From positions 7,192,001-7,256,000 of the forward strand of contig CATNEN010000038.1 of the NCBI GenBank assembly GCA_950097015.1: DNA of 64,000 bases, read 5' to 3'. The translations under genes and the position numbers were made by a program. The notes under the pieces are model-generated. The model did not search any database and was not told the origin of the DNA. It was given only the letters and a program-made list of their open reading frames with translations. The stretch comes from Macrostomum hystrix. Its lineage: Eukaryota > Animalia > Platyhelminthes. How positions within the stretch are numbered: the first letter of the stretch is position 1; every line of letters starts with the position of its first letter. This document shows positions 24,201-36,900 of the stretch, in pieces.

Positions 24201-27200
24201 TTCACATTGCGTGTCGACGGCAAGATTTAACCATGGTGTGTACGCTCTCCCTGTTTGCGTCAAAGATAAATATAAACACACCGAGAGACAGTGACCAGTT
24301 TACACCCCTCATGATTGCCGGTCAACTAGGCAATCAGGCCATTGTTGTCGATCTGATCAAAAAGGGTGCCGAAATAAACAAACGATTGCCCGACGGAAGG
24401 ACGGCACTAATATTGACTATTAAGGGCAGTGAGACAGCAATCTGCCGCGTGCCGCTAATAACCTGTCTGTTGAAGTTCGGAGCCATTTACGACACGCCAA
24501 TCGATAAGCAGCATCTTGGTCAAAAGACGTATAACTTGCTGATAGCAATCGATAAAGGTCGTGCAGGTAACGAACAACAAACGCAAGTTTCTACGCAAAC
24601 CGATCCACAGGCAAAACAGAATTCGGCAAATGCTGCTCAAAGTTCGCCTTCTACGACTCCAGCTTCTCCATCTGCATCTCAGAGTCCGAAGACGAAGACG
24701 AACACACCAATGACAACAGAGGAACGTCTCAAGGCAAAGCTAAAGAAGAAGCAACTCCAGCCTCAGGACGTGCCAAAGGCGGCAGAAGCTGAAACAAAGA
24801 AAGCCGAGCCGTTCTCGGTTAGAGCCAAGAAGGCGCGCGATGAGGTGCAGCGCACGCTGGATGCAGCGGAGACTAATGCGAAGCGCATCTCAGGCATGAT
24901 GAAGAAGTACGTTGAAGTCACTGCCATACCGGATCCGAAGCAGGACAAGTGTAGCGACAGTCTGGCCAAAGAAATGAAGAAGCAGGATATCACTCGCTTG
25001 TACAAACGACCTTTTATTCTTTCTTACGAGCAAAAGCAACAGAACCGGTTGATTCGCGAATTTTCAGTGAAGATGGACAAAATAAGACAGGACATTGTAA
25101 AAAAATTTGAAGACAAACTGGACATCATGTGCGGCCGAAAATCAAGGCCCTCAGAACCGCTAAGTGCGAGCCCCGTATCGAAAATGAGCGACACCTCCGA
25201 AACTAACTCGATCGTGGATCTTTTATCTGAAAATCTAATCAGGAAGAGGCGCAGGCGTTCATGGGAACTTTTTTATAGACTTAAGTACGAAATAAAGCTA
25301 AAGAAGTCAAGCAAAAACAGACTGCGTTCGTCATTGATCCGACGACTCCTGGTGCTGAAGACCAGTCGGGCCAAAAAGCGACGCAGACACCGTCTGCCGA
25401 TATTTTGGGAAGCTACTTGGCATCGGAAAATAGTCCGCCGCCATCTGGCACCCCGAATGCGATGGCTGTACCAGGCGGCTAAACAGAGCGCGAGCGACCT
25501 CACAGCCAAATTCAGCTACGTGAGGCTTGAAGGCATCGCATCAGGTGTGCAAGAAGGGGCAGTCTGGTGGCAGCCGCTGCCGGAGTGGACAGTTTCTGAA
25601 GAAAAAGCCGGCAGAGTGCAGAAGAAGTTTAAGAAATCATCTAAAATGAGTTTAGAGTCGCGCGTTTCCATGCTGAAGGCTTCCACTGGCCATCGCTGCA
25701 ACCTGCTGGTTCGATGTGGCCAGAGACCTACTGAAATCAAGCTTTACAACGACTGGAGGGACAGTCAGATGCAGCTGGATCTGAGTTGTTCCATCGAACC
25801 GGAGCTGTTTCATGTTAGGCGACTCAAGCGCGATCGTCGGCCGGACATTGTCGTCCGATTGACAGTGGACTCGCGCCGGTGCCTGTGGGACTCCCGCGAA
25901 CTGCGCGTGCTAGCGGACTCGCTGGTAAGCGCCTCGAAAAACGCGCCAGTCGGAGCTGAGCCGGCCTTAGAACTAGATCGCCAGCGTCGCCTGCTTGAGT
26001 GCCTGGCGCGACGATGGACCTACCAGCAGCTGAAGGCAGTCGGTGGCGACCCACAGGAACTAGATATGTCGTCGGGTGTAGGCATGTTGCACCCGAGCCT
26101 GTCGACAAAGCTACTGGCTGTGGCGCTGCACGTGGGCCTGGCGCGGTCAGTCGACGCCGCTTACTCCGTCCACGGCGACGATGTTCTACTTTTCCAGCAG
26201 CCGACCCAGAAGGAGCTAAAGCAAGTGTTGGGTCTGCTGGGTCGTGGCCGAGTCATTCTCAAAGAGGCACTTCGATTTAAAAATTAAGTTCCTGCCGCTT
26301 TTCACGGCCTCACCAAACTGAACCAAGACTTTGCTGGTTTTATTTTTGCGAAGGTTATCGAAGTAATCGACAATAAAATTTGATAATTTTGCTTCCTTTC
26401 GGATTCATCTAATAAAATGACTACTGCTCAATTCAATCCTCTAAAAATGGCCTATGCTTGTTCGATCATCACGAATTTTCCTGTGACTTTCACAGTCTGC
26501 GAGTTTCCTGTGACTTTCCTGTGATTTTCACAGATTCCTGTGACTTTAGACCATTCTCTCCAGCGATCCTAATGCAGTTCGATGTTTAATTTCACTAAAA
26601 ATGTGGCCAATATTTCTCACTGTGCTAATTTCACTATACTTTTTACTTTCTTTTTCACCGAAATTTCCAAGAACTCTGTTTTATGTCGTAATACAACAAA
26701 GTGAAACTGTTGTACTGTCTAGAAAAATACTTCTAGATGATTTTAGCTCGCGGTAACGATAATCAATAAATACAGGCATTGTTTTTTTCAATTAAATATG
26801 CTGCTGAGATTGTGGTAAAGCTTCCATTCTTTAAGAAAATTAAAAGATGAACTAAAGTTTATTACCTGGCCAATGCTACTCTGCTACTCATAGTACGAGT
26901 CAAATTAAACTATCAATCAAATTATAAGTTAAATTTGCGTATACTTACATTGGTAGTAGTATAGAAGTGTAGAATAATACCGTTTCGATGTTTACATAAT
27001 AGTTGTGTTGTCCCATATAAATATTGTAGCATCAATTAGTCCAAACTCACAAGACCCACATTTATTAGCTTCACATCGACAGCCCCAGTCGATATAGCCG
27101 CATATCTGTAGCCCCATATCCGTAGCCCTATATCCGTAGCCCCATCCGTAGCCCCATATCCGTAGCCCTATATCCGTAGCCGCATATCCATAGCCCCATA

Positions 27201-30200
27201 TCCGTAGCCCCATATCCGTAGCCCCATATCCGTAGCCGCATATCCATAGCCCCATATCCGTAGCCCCATATCCGTAGCCCATATCCGTAGCTACGCATCA
27301 CTAGCTTCACATCAGTAGCCCCATATCAGTAGCCCCATATCCGTAGCCTATATCTGTAGCCCCATCCGTAGCCCCATATCCGTAGCCCATATCCGTAGCT
27401 ACGCATCACTAGCTTCGCATCAGTAGCCCCATATCAGTAGCTCTACATCACCGAGTCACTTTAAAATTGGAGTTTTAAACGTGAAAAACTTGCGAATTTT
27501 CAGCCGGGTTCTGAGTTTAGAACCAAGAAAAGGCACCCTAAAGCTCAGAGCTTTTTTGACTCGAAGCTCAAATTCTTCGGAATCCGAGGAAGCGGAGCCG
27601 CTTGAGGAACCATCGTGCCCTAAAAGCTCGCGAGCCACCTTAGTACAGGTACAGGATCGAGTCTCACAGAGTGGCCTGCCAAACTAATGGTCTAAATAGC
27701 AAACAAGAGATTTCTTGCCTAGCGGACTGAGAAAGGGAAAGAGTTAGCGACGGAATATATATATATATACCAGCCGAGGCGAAATTTAGGAAGGCGTGAA
27801 GAGAAGCTCTCGAGATAGCTTGACAGAGAACAAACCAGCCTCTGCTGAGTCTCTGGGGAAAAAAGGAATTCTATTAGCAGAGGCCCAGATGTCGCAGCCT
27901 ATAGATTGCGAGCGTGGGAAAAACTGATTGCAGCGGGACCTCCTGCCGGACTAGCTGCTCAAATGTAAAACAGAAACAATATAGATTTCATTCCGATAGA
28001 AAACTATTGCGTGTCTTTGATCCTTGGGAGTGCTTACCACAGCAAGATGCTTCTGCTCGAATTCTTACATCTGAGAGCGCGCGAATTCAGGTGAAATAAA
28101 CTGCAGATGTAGACAGAATGCTGACGGGATTTAAAATACTTCTCCTTATTTACTTTGCTTAAGAGCCAACCTCCAAGGCTGAGTGACAGTTTACACTGCC
28201 TGATAATGAGAAAGTCAGGGCAGATGTACACACCTGTGTGAGCGTGTGCCTGCGTACAGTATCTGTGTGAGTGTGTGCTCAGGAGTCAGCGAAATGGGCA
28301 GAATTGCCTCCTCGCTGGCTGCGGGTCTAGTGTCACCAAATGATGTGCCGTTGGCCGCAGCCCTCCTGCAATTCTTATTATTACTATTGCCCTGGGACCT
28401 TATCTACTCACAAAAACACTCCTAGCTCACCTCCAACAGTTCGTCCTGCGGCTTCAGCGTGCCGTCAGCTGCCACCGGCCCGTCAGCTTGGATGCTTCGA
28501 ATGTAGTGATGAGGGCGCACCTCGGCGCCAGTCTCCAGCACATCCACCGTGCCTTCCAGACTGATGCCGAGGCCAGGGTAGTGCTTGAACTTGGCCAGCT
28601 GCACGGGCACAATCTCGAGTGTTGAGTCCTTGAGCAGAGCTGACCATCGATGCTTGATGGAATCAGCGATCTCAGCTGAGAGCGGACCCTCTGGTGTTGG
28701 GTTGAAAACGACGATGAAATTTGTATTTGTGCAGGGACAAGAGATAAGGGGGAGATAAGGGGAATACCTCCCCTTATTAAAACCTCGAGTGGGCGCCCTA
28801 CAAACCCCTGCTGGCGCTCCCACGGTGGCGCCCCACAAATTATTCACAATGGTGCCCCCTTGAGTCACGGCGCCGCCTCCCTAATGAATCCACAGTGGCG
28901 CACCCCCTAATAATCTCAAGGTGGCGCCACCCCTAATGAATTCACATTGGCGTCACCCTCCTAATAAATCCACGATGGCGTCACCCTCCTAATAATTCCA
29001 AGGTGGCGTCACCCTCCTAATAAATCAATCCACGGTGGCGCCACCCCCCATAATGGATCCACGGTGGCGCCACCCCCCTAATGAATCCACGGTGGCGCCA
29101 CCCCCCCTAATGAATCCACGGTGGCGCACGGTGAATCCACGGTTAAAAAACGGAGAGCGAATTATTTTACTGACTGAGTGAGATGTATCGCAGGGCAATG
29201 TACCCCGTGTGATTCTGAAGCCGCCAATTGTATCCGACAGAACCGTCTCACAGACAGTCGCCAGATATTTCTATTGCTGCTGCTGGTTTCTTGAGCACAT
29301 CTCAAAACATCTGAGGCCATTTCAACAATTGAGTTAGCGCCCAGCCGTAAATCTGAATCTGCATGTACTTTTCAAAACACCATTGGCGATCGAAGATGGG
29401 CAGATTCGTTCTTGATTTTACTGCCGATATTTCTCGCGAAGGAATTCGGAAAAATTATCAATGCTTAGCATTCAGTCAGTCCCAGAGGGCGATGCATGCT
29501 TTGACCTTTAGGGCCAAAATCCAATACGGACCCGGGGATCGTTAAAGATGTGCTCAGAATGCATCTGCGGTTTTGGGATCGACTGGGAGCTGGATACGAG
29601 ACTGGTAAATTGGTTGCTATCCAATTACTGATTAGCTCTCACTATCACTATCCACTGTGTTAACATTTGCTGGCGTCAATCTTAACCTTTTCTTTTCCTG
29701 ACTTTTATCAGCTAATCTTTCCAGCCGTCTGCAAGTTTGCGCGTCGGTTTTAAAGAAAAACTATACTTGATATATGTAATACCAAACCTAAAGTTTATAA
29801 ATGCTTCAATGCTTTCCGTATGTTTATTATATCTGCTGTAGCAAGTGGACACACTCTATGGCTTACCTTTCTCTTCTTTTTATCTTCTATATCTAGAATT
29901 AGCTGTATAGTTTTTGCAGAGCTTCGGGTCCCTGGTATTACCACTGTACTTCGAATTATAAATCATACTTTGATCTGTCTGACACAGCTGTTCCTTACTA
30001 AAGTAAGTTATAGAAAGCAGACTAGCATTTGAAATGCCCCCGTGATCTTTCTACTCTTTCTTTGAGCACAGCTCCTCATAGGCGGGGACACTCAGCTCTT
30101 CAGCTAAAATGTATACAGTTAATTTAGTTTCGACACAAAATTCTGAAAATCTGGTTAGCGAAACGGAAGTTGTCTGTGTTTGTCTCCAAGTCAGCCTTCA

Positions 30201-30964
30201 CTAGTCAAGAAAACGTGAGCTTGGCTGGTATACGTTGTTTCTCGAATTTCTGAGCTCAATGTGTGAGGAAAAGCTGAATGTGCTATCTTATCTGCATGAG
30301 CATGACTCAGACCCAGACAAACCTAGAGTCTTCAAGAGACCTTATGGCAGAGCTTCAAATGATTAATCATTGCTTAGCCAGGTCTAATTGATTTTTACTC
30401 ACTCAGAGCGATTAGGAGTATCAAACTATACCGGGCTCAAAGTGGCGTCACCAAGGTGGCGTCCACGGTGGCGCCACCACCCGCCTAATGAATCCACGGT
30501 GGCGTCACCCTCCTAATGAATCCATGGTGGCGCTTAGGAGTATCACACTATGTCTATACCGGGCTCAAAGTGGCGTCACCAAGGTGACGTGTAATTTGAC
30601 GTGTGAATCGTTAATGACCTGTTTAGTCTGAGGACTGGGGAGGCGTTCGCCAGACACACCAAAATGCCAACCTGAATTTTTTTAAAGGACACGAATTTTC
30701 GTGAATCGAACGCATGACCTCATGAACTTTTTTTCAGTAGAAAGACCAAGAGGTATTTAAAATAGCCAATTTTCTGTACTTCGGCAACGTCGAGAAATTC
30801 GAGGATTCTCGGCGGGGTGTCTGGTGGCAAAAACCACCAATATAGACATAATTTTTCAGCCCAAAAATTACGTCATGTAACCATGTCGGATCTGGACTCA
30901 GTCGGCTTTGAAAGTGAGTTCAAAGATTTGGAAGGATTTTTTCGACTAAAGAACTTAATAATAA

Positions 30965-30995
<31 letters not shown>

Positions 30996-33900
30996 TGATT
31001 ACACCTGCCCCCAATTGGATCAGATGTGCAGCCGACAGCACAGCCGCAGCTAATGCGCGGCGCATCTGAAGGCTGCGTACGGCTGTTCAGTCCATGGACA
31101 GAACGCCACACCCACCTTCAATTATCCCAGCTGATGCTGGTACCCATTTAACAGCTGGGTGAACTGAAGCAATGCAGAGTTAAGTGTCTTGCTAAGGGAC
31201 GCAAATTGTTCCAGTGGAGTCGGGAATCGAACCCCCGACCTTCAAGTCGTGAGTCCGACGCTCTAACCACTAGGCTACAACCTCTACAAAAAAGAACTTA
31301 ACAACGTTTTTATGGGCTAACGGGAAGAATTAAGTGATGCAATAAACGCGTCAGTCGTTTTTCTGCTCAGTCAACCAAACGCCATGCAATATTAACCGCT
31401 GATTTTTGGCCGAGAAAATTAATGGAAATCAGCTTTGTTCTGATTTAGCAGTCCTTATTCCCCAGTTTCTCCGATTCCTCTGCCTCATGGCATTATTTCA
31501 TTATCTGGCACTCAGTTCTTCACGCATCTGGCCCCAGCACTCTCAAGTCTCAGTCACCCAGAAAATTAATTTCTTCTCTTGACTGCTCAGCCGTCCGAGT
31601 GGACTAAAAGTGCACCTTGGCTTGGCATTCTTTTCCCAAATTAATGGGATGCGCCCTCATCAATCATGGTGCGGCTGAGCCTTCAAAACAGCTGAATATT
31701 CTGGCGTCGCGAGGCTATGCTCAGGCTCAAGTCACTGGCGGGAAGTGCGATTAGAACTTTTACACTTTGTAACAAAAATTCCAGGCCTGAACTTGACTAA
31801 CCCACATTCCCGACTCTCCCTACTTCTCAATTCTCAATTCTTCCACTTATTACCATCACAATTGCCGTCTAGCTCCTACTTCTCACTCTACCCTCTACTT
31901 CTCACTCTCCCTCTACTTCTCACTCTACCCTCTACTTCTCACTCTCCCTCTACTTCTCACTCTCCCTCTACTTCTATCTCTTCTTCATACTCGTACACAC
32001 TTCTGACATTGTACCCTACTTCTCACTCTTCGTCTACTTCTCGCTCCTGCTCTACTTCTCACTCTTCGTCTACTTCTCACTCCTGCTCTACTTCTCACTC
32101 TTCGTCTACTTCTCACTCTACCCTACTTCTCACTCCTGCTCTAATTCTTACTATTCGCATACTTCTCACTCTACCCTACTTCTCACTCCTGCTCTAATTC
32201 TCGCTCTTCGTCTACTTCTCGCTCCTGCTCTACTTCTCACTCTTCGTCTACTTCTCACTCCTGCTCTACTTCTCACTCTTCGTCTACTTCTCACTCTACC
32301 CTACTTCTCACTCCTGCTCTAATTCTCACTCTTCGTCTACTTCTCACTCTACCCCTGCTTCTCACTCTTCGTCTACTTCTCAATCTTCGTCGACTTCTCA
32401 CTCTTCGTCTACTTCTCACTCCTGCTCTACTTCTCACTCTTCGTCTACTTCTCAATCTTCGTCTACTTCTCACCCTTGCTCTACTTCTCACTCTACCCCT
32501 ATTTCTCACTCATCGTCTACTTCTCACTCCTGCTCTACTTCTCACTCTTCTTTTCTCATAGTGACAGCCAGATGTCCAGCTCCGAATTTCTCAGCAAGTC
32601 GCAGGCACAATGGCACAAGCAAACCAGAGACTCACTAAAGTGCCTCTTGCAGAAGTCCTTGTCCGTCAGCAGACTGGAGGTTCCAGACAGTCGCAGATAA
32701 AGGGTTGATAAAGATCGTCTGAGGTTTCCTAGGGATTTGTGCTTCTTCATCTCGCCTTTTTATTAGTTTCAATTGTGTTTTAAATGGCCTATGTAGGAGA
32801 TCAAGTTAGACGAATTGAAGGCCACTCAATCTAAGGAAATCAGCTTGCATAGCCTCACTGTCGAACAGTTTAATATTAAAAAGCCTTCAGGCCCCCTTGC
32901 GAATGGGTAAAAGAGATTCAGTACTTGACTTGCATGTTGTAATTTTCGCTAAACTTCTCTGCCTGTTTGGCCTTGGAGGCCTCCCTCTGGCCTGCGTGTG
33001 CAAATTCGTGCGTTTGGGGTGGGTGCTAGCTATGCGTACAGTTCCTGCATATTCTGCGCAGCCTGATCGTGCGCAAACTGTAGCAGAAGTGTTGGGCTGA
33101 ATTAAAATAAGGCTGGGTAAAAGAACTCTCCGAGTTAGAGGGAAAAACAGTAGGGAGCAGGGCCACGGTGAAGTTGCGGGTGGATAATATAATTTCTGGA
33201 TTTCTGTCGCAACCTGTCGTTGCTGTAGCACTGACAGAAAAGTCTGTGTGCTTGTTGAGCCATTGCGAGGTATGCAGGAGATATAGTAGGACGAGAGAGT
33301 GACGAGAGAGTGACTAAAGAGTGACTAAAGAGTGACGAGAGAGTGACTAAAGAGTGACTAAAGAGTGACGAGAGAGTGACGAGAGAGAGTGACGAGAGGG
33401 TGACGAGAGAGTGGCTAAAAATGACGGGATATTGACGAGAGAGTGATGAGTGAGTGACGAGAGAGTGATGAGAGAGTGACGAGAGAGTAATTAGTGACGA
33501 GAGAGTGATGAGTGAGTGACGAGAGAGTGATGAGAGAGTGACGAGAGAGTAATTAGTGACGAGAGAGTGATGAGTGAGTGACGAGAGAGTGATGAGAGAG
33601 TGACGAGAGAGTGTGGAGAGAGTGACGAGAGATTGATGAGTGAGTGACGAGAGAGTGATGAGTGAGTGCCGAGAGGGAGACAAGAGATTTGCCGCATCGA
33701 ATATCAATGACTGTCGTGACTGGGACGGGGCTAGAGGCAAGGAGGCTGAAGTTGGGCCAGCTGAACGGTGTGGCAGAGCAGGCAGTCTTAGTGGGGATAT
33801 AAGCGAAAAGTGGAATATGCGCATATGGGGAAAGGCTTGCTGCTCAGTTCCCTCTGTTGGGCTCAGCGGGAAGGCGATTGCGGGGGGCACAAGATAGCAG

Positions 33901-36900
33901 CCCCACTTCGCTTTTCATTTCCCTTCTCCCCATCCGATGCGAGTTCTTCCCCTCCCCATAGCAGCCTCCTATTCGGGCACTCAGGCTGTTCTCCTGCTGC
34001 CTGAGTCACTGGCCACAGTCGATTTCTCCTCCACGTAGCCAGAAAAACCGGATTCCCGCATGGCAACGGGTAAATTCTATGGGATGGGATAAGAATTAAA
34101 AAGTGCGGGGCTGTGTTCCTGTTATTCAAATAAACTTTTAAATCTATCTTGATCTGCAATTGTTTATCTCAACGTAGTTATTTGTTTGACGGTTTAATAC
34201 AAGTTTGCTTTGATTATCTCACCCTTCAATTATATTATCTCACTCTTCAATCGGAATATCTCACTCTTCAATTGGATTATCTCACTCTTCAATTGGATTA
34301 TCTCACTCTTCAATTGGATTATCTCACTCTTCAATTGGATTATCTCACTCTTCAATTGGATTATCTCACTCTTCAATTGGATTATCTCACTCTTCAATTG
34401 GATTATCTCACTCTTCAATTGGATTATCTCACTCTTCAATTGGATTATCTCACCCTTCAATTGGATTATCTCACTCTTCAATTGGATTATCTCACTCTTC
34501 AATTGGATTATCTCACTCTTCAATTGGATTATCTCACTCTTCAATTGGATTATCTCACTCTTCAATTGGATTATCTCACTCTTCAATTGGATTATCTCAC
34601 TCTTCAATTGGATTATCTCACTCTTCAATTGGATTATCTCACTCTTCAATTGGATTATCTCACTCTTCAATTGGAGTATCTCACTCTTCAATTGGATTAT
34701 CTCACTCTTCAATTGGATTATCTCACTCTTCAATTGGATTATCTCACTCTTCAATTGGATTATCTCACTCTTCAATTGGATTATCTCACTCTTCAATTGG
34801 ATTATCTCACTCTTCAATTGGAGTATCTCACTCTTCAATCGACTCACCGAAATTGGTCCTCTTCGTCGATGACGCGTTGGATGAACTTTTACTGCCGTGG
34901 GCGTTGCCCGAGCTGTCCATGGACAAGCCGGTGCAGGTCGTGACGGAGGCTTCCAGAGGTGGCGGAGTGGTCGCTGAATAAGCAGAAATTAATTTTCAAC
35001 ATCCGCGTGTGTACTTGTGTACTTGTCTGTATTAACTTGTGTACCAGTCTGTGTGTACTTGTGTACTTGTCTGTATTAACTTGTGTACCAGTCTGTGTGT
35101 ACTTGTGTACTTGTCTGTGTGTACTTGTGTACCAGTCCGTGTGTACTTGTGTACTTGTCTGTATTAACTTGTGTACCAGTCTGTGTGTACTTGTGTACTT
35201 GTCTGTATTAACTTGTGTACCAGTCCGTGTGTACTTGTGTACTTGTCTGCGTGTACTTGTGTACCAGTCTGTGTGTACTTGTGTACTTGTGTACTTGTGT
35301 ACTTGTCTGTGTGTGTGCTTGCCAGTTTTGCTGTGAAGAATCGTGTGACAGACATCCATGCCAAAATAAATCCCTTACAGACTGAAAAAAGTACATTCCC
35401 GTTCTAAAAATCTGGTAGATCCCGAGCAGTTTCACCTGTCGATCAGGTTTATCTATCCCACTTGCTATGACTTGCCAAGAGGTCAAGAGGCCCTTCAGAC
35501 CGAAGCCGAGTGCCAGTTGGTGCATTCAGAGAGTCAGCAGAACTCGAGCTGTCATTGAATTTCCTCCCCGATTCAGTTTCCCAGCATTTATTGCCTATTG
35601 CAGGGCCACATTGTACCGCACTTAGCTCCAAATTCAATCAACATTCAAGATGATTGAAGGAATTCATTTCCTGACAGATTTGAATCAGCTCAGAACTCTT
35701 AATTCTTAGTCCGCTTTGCCACATGCCTGTTACATTCCCAACCTGCCATCTACCTCCCCAACCTGTCATCTACCTCCCCAACCTGCCATCTACCTCCCCA
35801 ACCTGCCATCTACCTCCCCAACCTGCCATCTACCTCCCCAACCTGCCATCTACCTCCCCAACCTGCCATCTACCTCCCCAAACTGCCATCTACCTCCCCA
35901 ACCTGCCATCTACCTCCCCAACCTGTCATCTACCTCCCCAACCTGCTATCTATCTCCCCAACCTGCTATCTATCTCCCCAACCTGCCTGTTACATTCCCA
36001 ACCTGCCATCTACCTCCCCAACCTGTCATCTACCTCCCCAACCTGCCATCTACCTCCCCAACCTGCCATCTACCTCCCCAACCTGCCATCTACCTCCCCA
36101 ACCTGCCATCTACCTCCCCAACCTGCCATCTACCTCCCCAAACTGCCATCTACCTCCCCAACCTGCCATCTACCTCCCCAACCTGTCATCTACCTCCCCA
36201 ACCTGCTATCTATCTCCCCAACCTGCTATCTATCTCCCCAACCTGCCATCTACCTCCTCAACCTGCCATCTATCTCCCCAACCTGCCATCTACCTCCCAA
36301 CCTGCCATCTACCTCCCCAACCTCCCATCTACCTCCCCAACCTGCCATCTACCTCGTCAACCTGCCATCTACCTCCCCAACCTGCCATCTAGCTCCCCAA
36401 CCTGCCATCTACCTCCCCAACCTGCCATCTACATCCTCAACCTGCCATCTACCTCCCCAACCTGCCATCTACCTCCCCAACCTGCCATCTACCTCCCAAC
36501 CTGCCATCTACCTCCCAACCTGCCATCTACCTCCCCAACCTGCCATCTACCTCCCAACCTGCCATCTATCACCTCAACCTGCCATCTACATCCCCAACCT
36601 CCCATCTACCTCCCAACCTGCCATCTACCACCCAACCTGCCATCAACACCCGCACTCACAGGTGTGTGCCGCGAGCTGCTCGTAGACGGGGCCGCTCTTG
36701 TACCTGACGAGTCTCAGCCGAACCCGCTGGCCGGAGCTCCTCAGCTGAGCAGCGGCCAAATGGTTTGGGCAGCCCTCCAAGCTGGTGTCATTTACCTGCA
36801 AGTTCCAGTTGGTCCATTGTCATGGCCGACTTCAAATCCCAGCAGAACTGCAAGCCTATCTGTCCGAATTGCAGTTTTCTCCTCAATCTTTTGCAAAGCA

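Noticed and set aside
27720-28150. Solo LTR around a (TA)n/TATA stretch
   Set aside because: No TG...CA ends, TSD or second copy could be found.
28296-28376. HDV-like ribozyme in SINE B (GCCTCCTCGCTGGC equals the HDV P3/L3 sequence)
   Set aside because: There is no 7-bp P1, P1.1 GG or C-N-A-A J4/2, the motif is not kept in the copies at 11.0, 44.7 and 58.7 kb, and it lies at the element's 3' end.
34149-34943. Long repeat ORFs (LKSEIIQ, DYLTLQL; also GDIGL/MSPSP at 41.3-42.4 kb, PTCHLPPQ at 35.7 kb, GYG-rich at 27 kb, GVRREAG at 51.5 kb)
   Set aside because: They are translations of stop-free minisatellites, open in several frames and strands and located inside introns or non-coding DNA.
35449-35594. 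Extra MPDZ exon ([12 protein letters not shown]...)
   Set aside because: The acceptor phase fits, but there is no convincing phase-1 donor before the stop, and the 36660-34973 join works without it.
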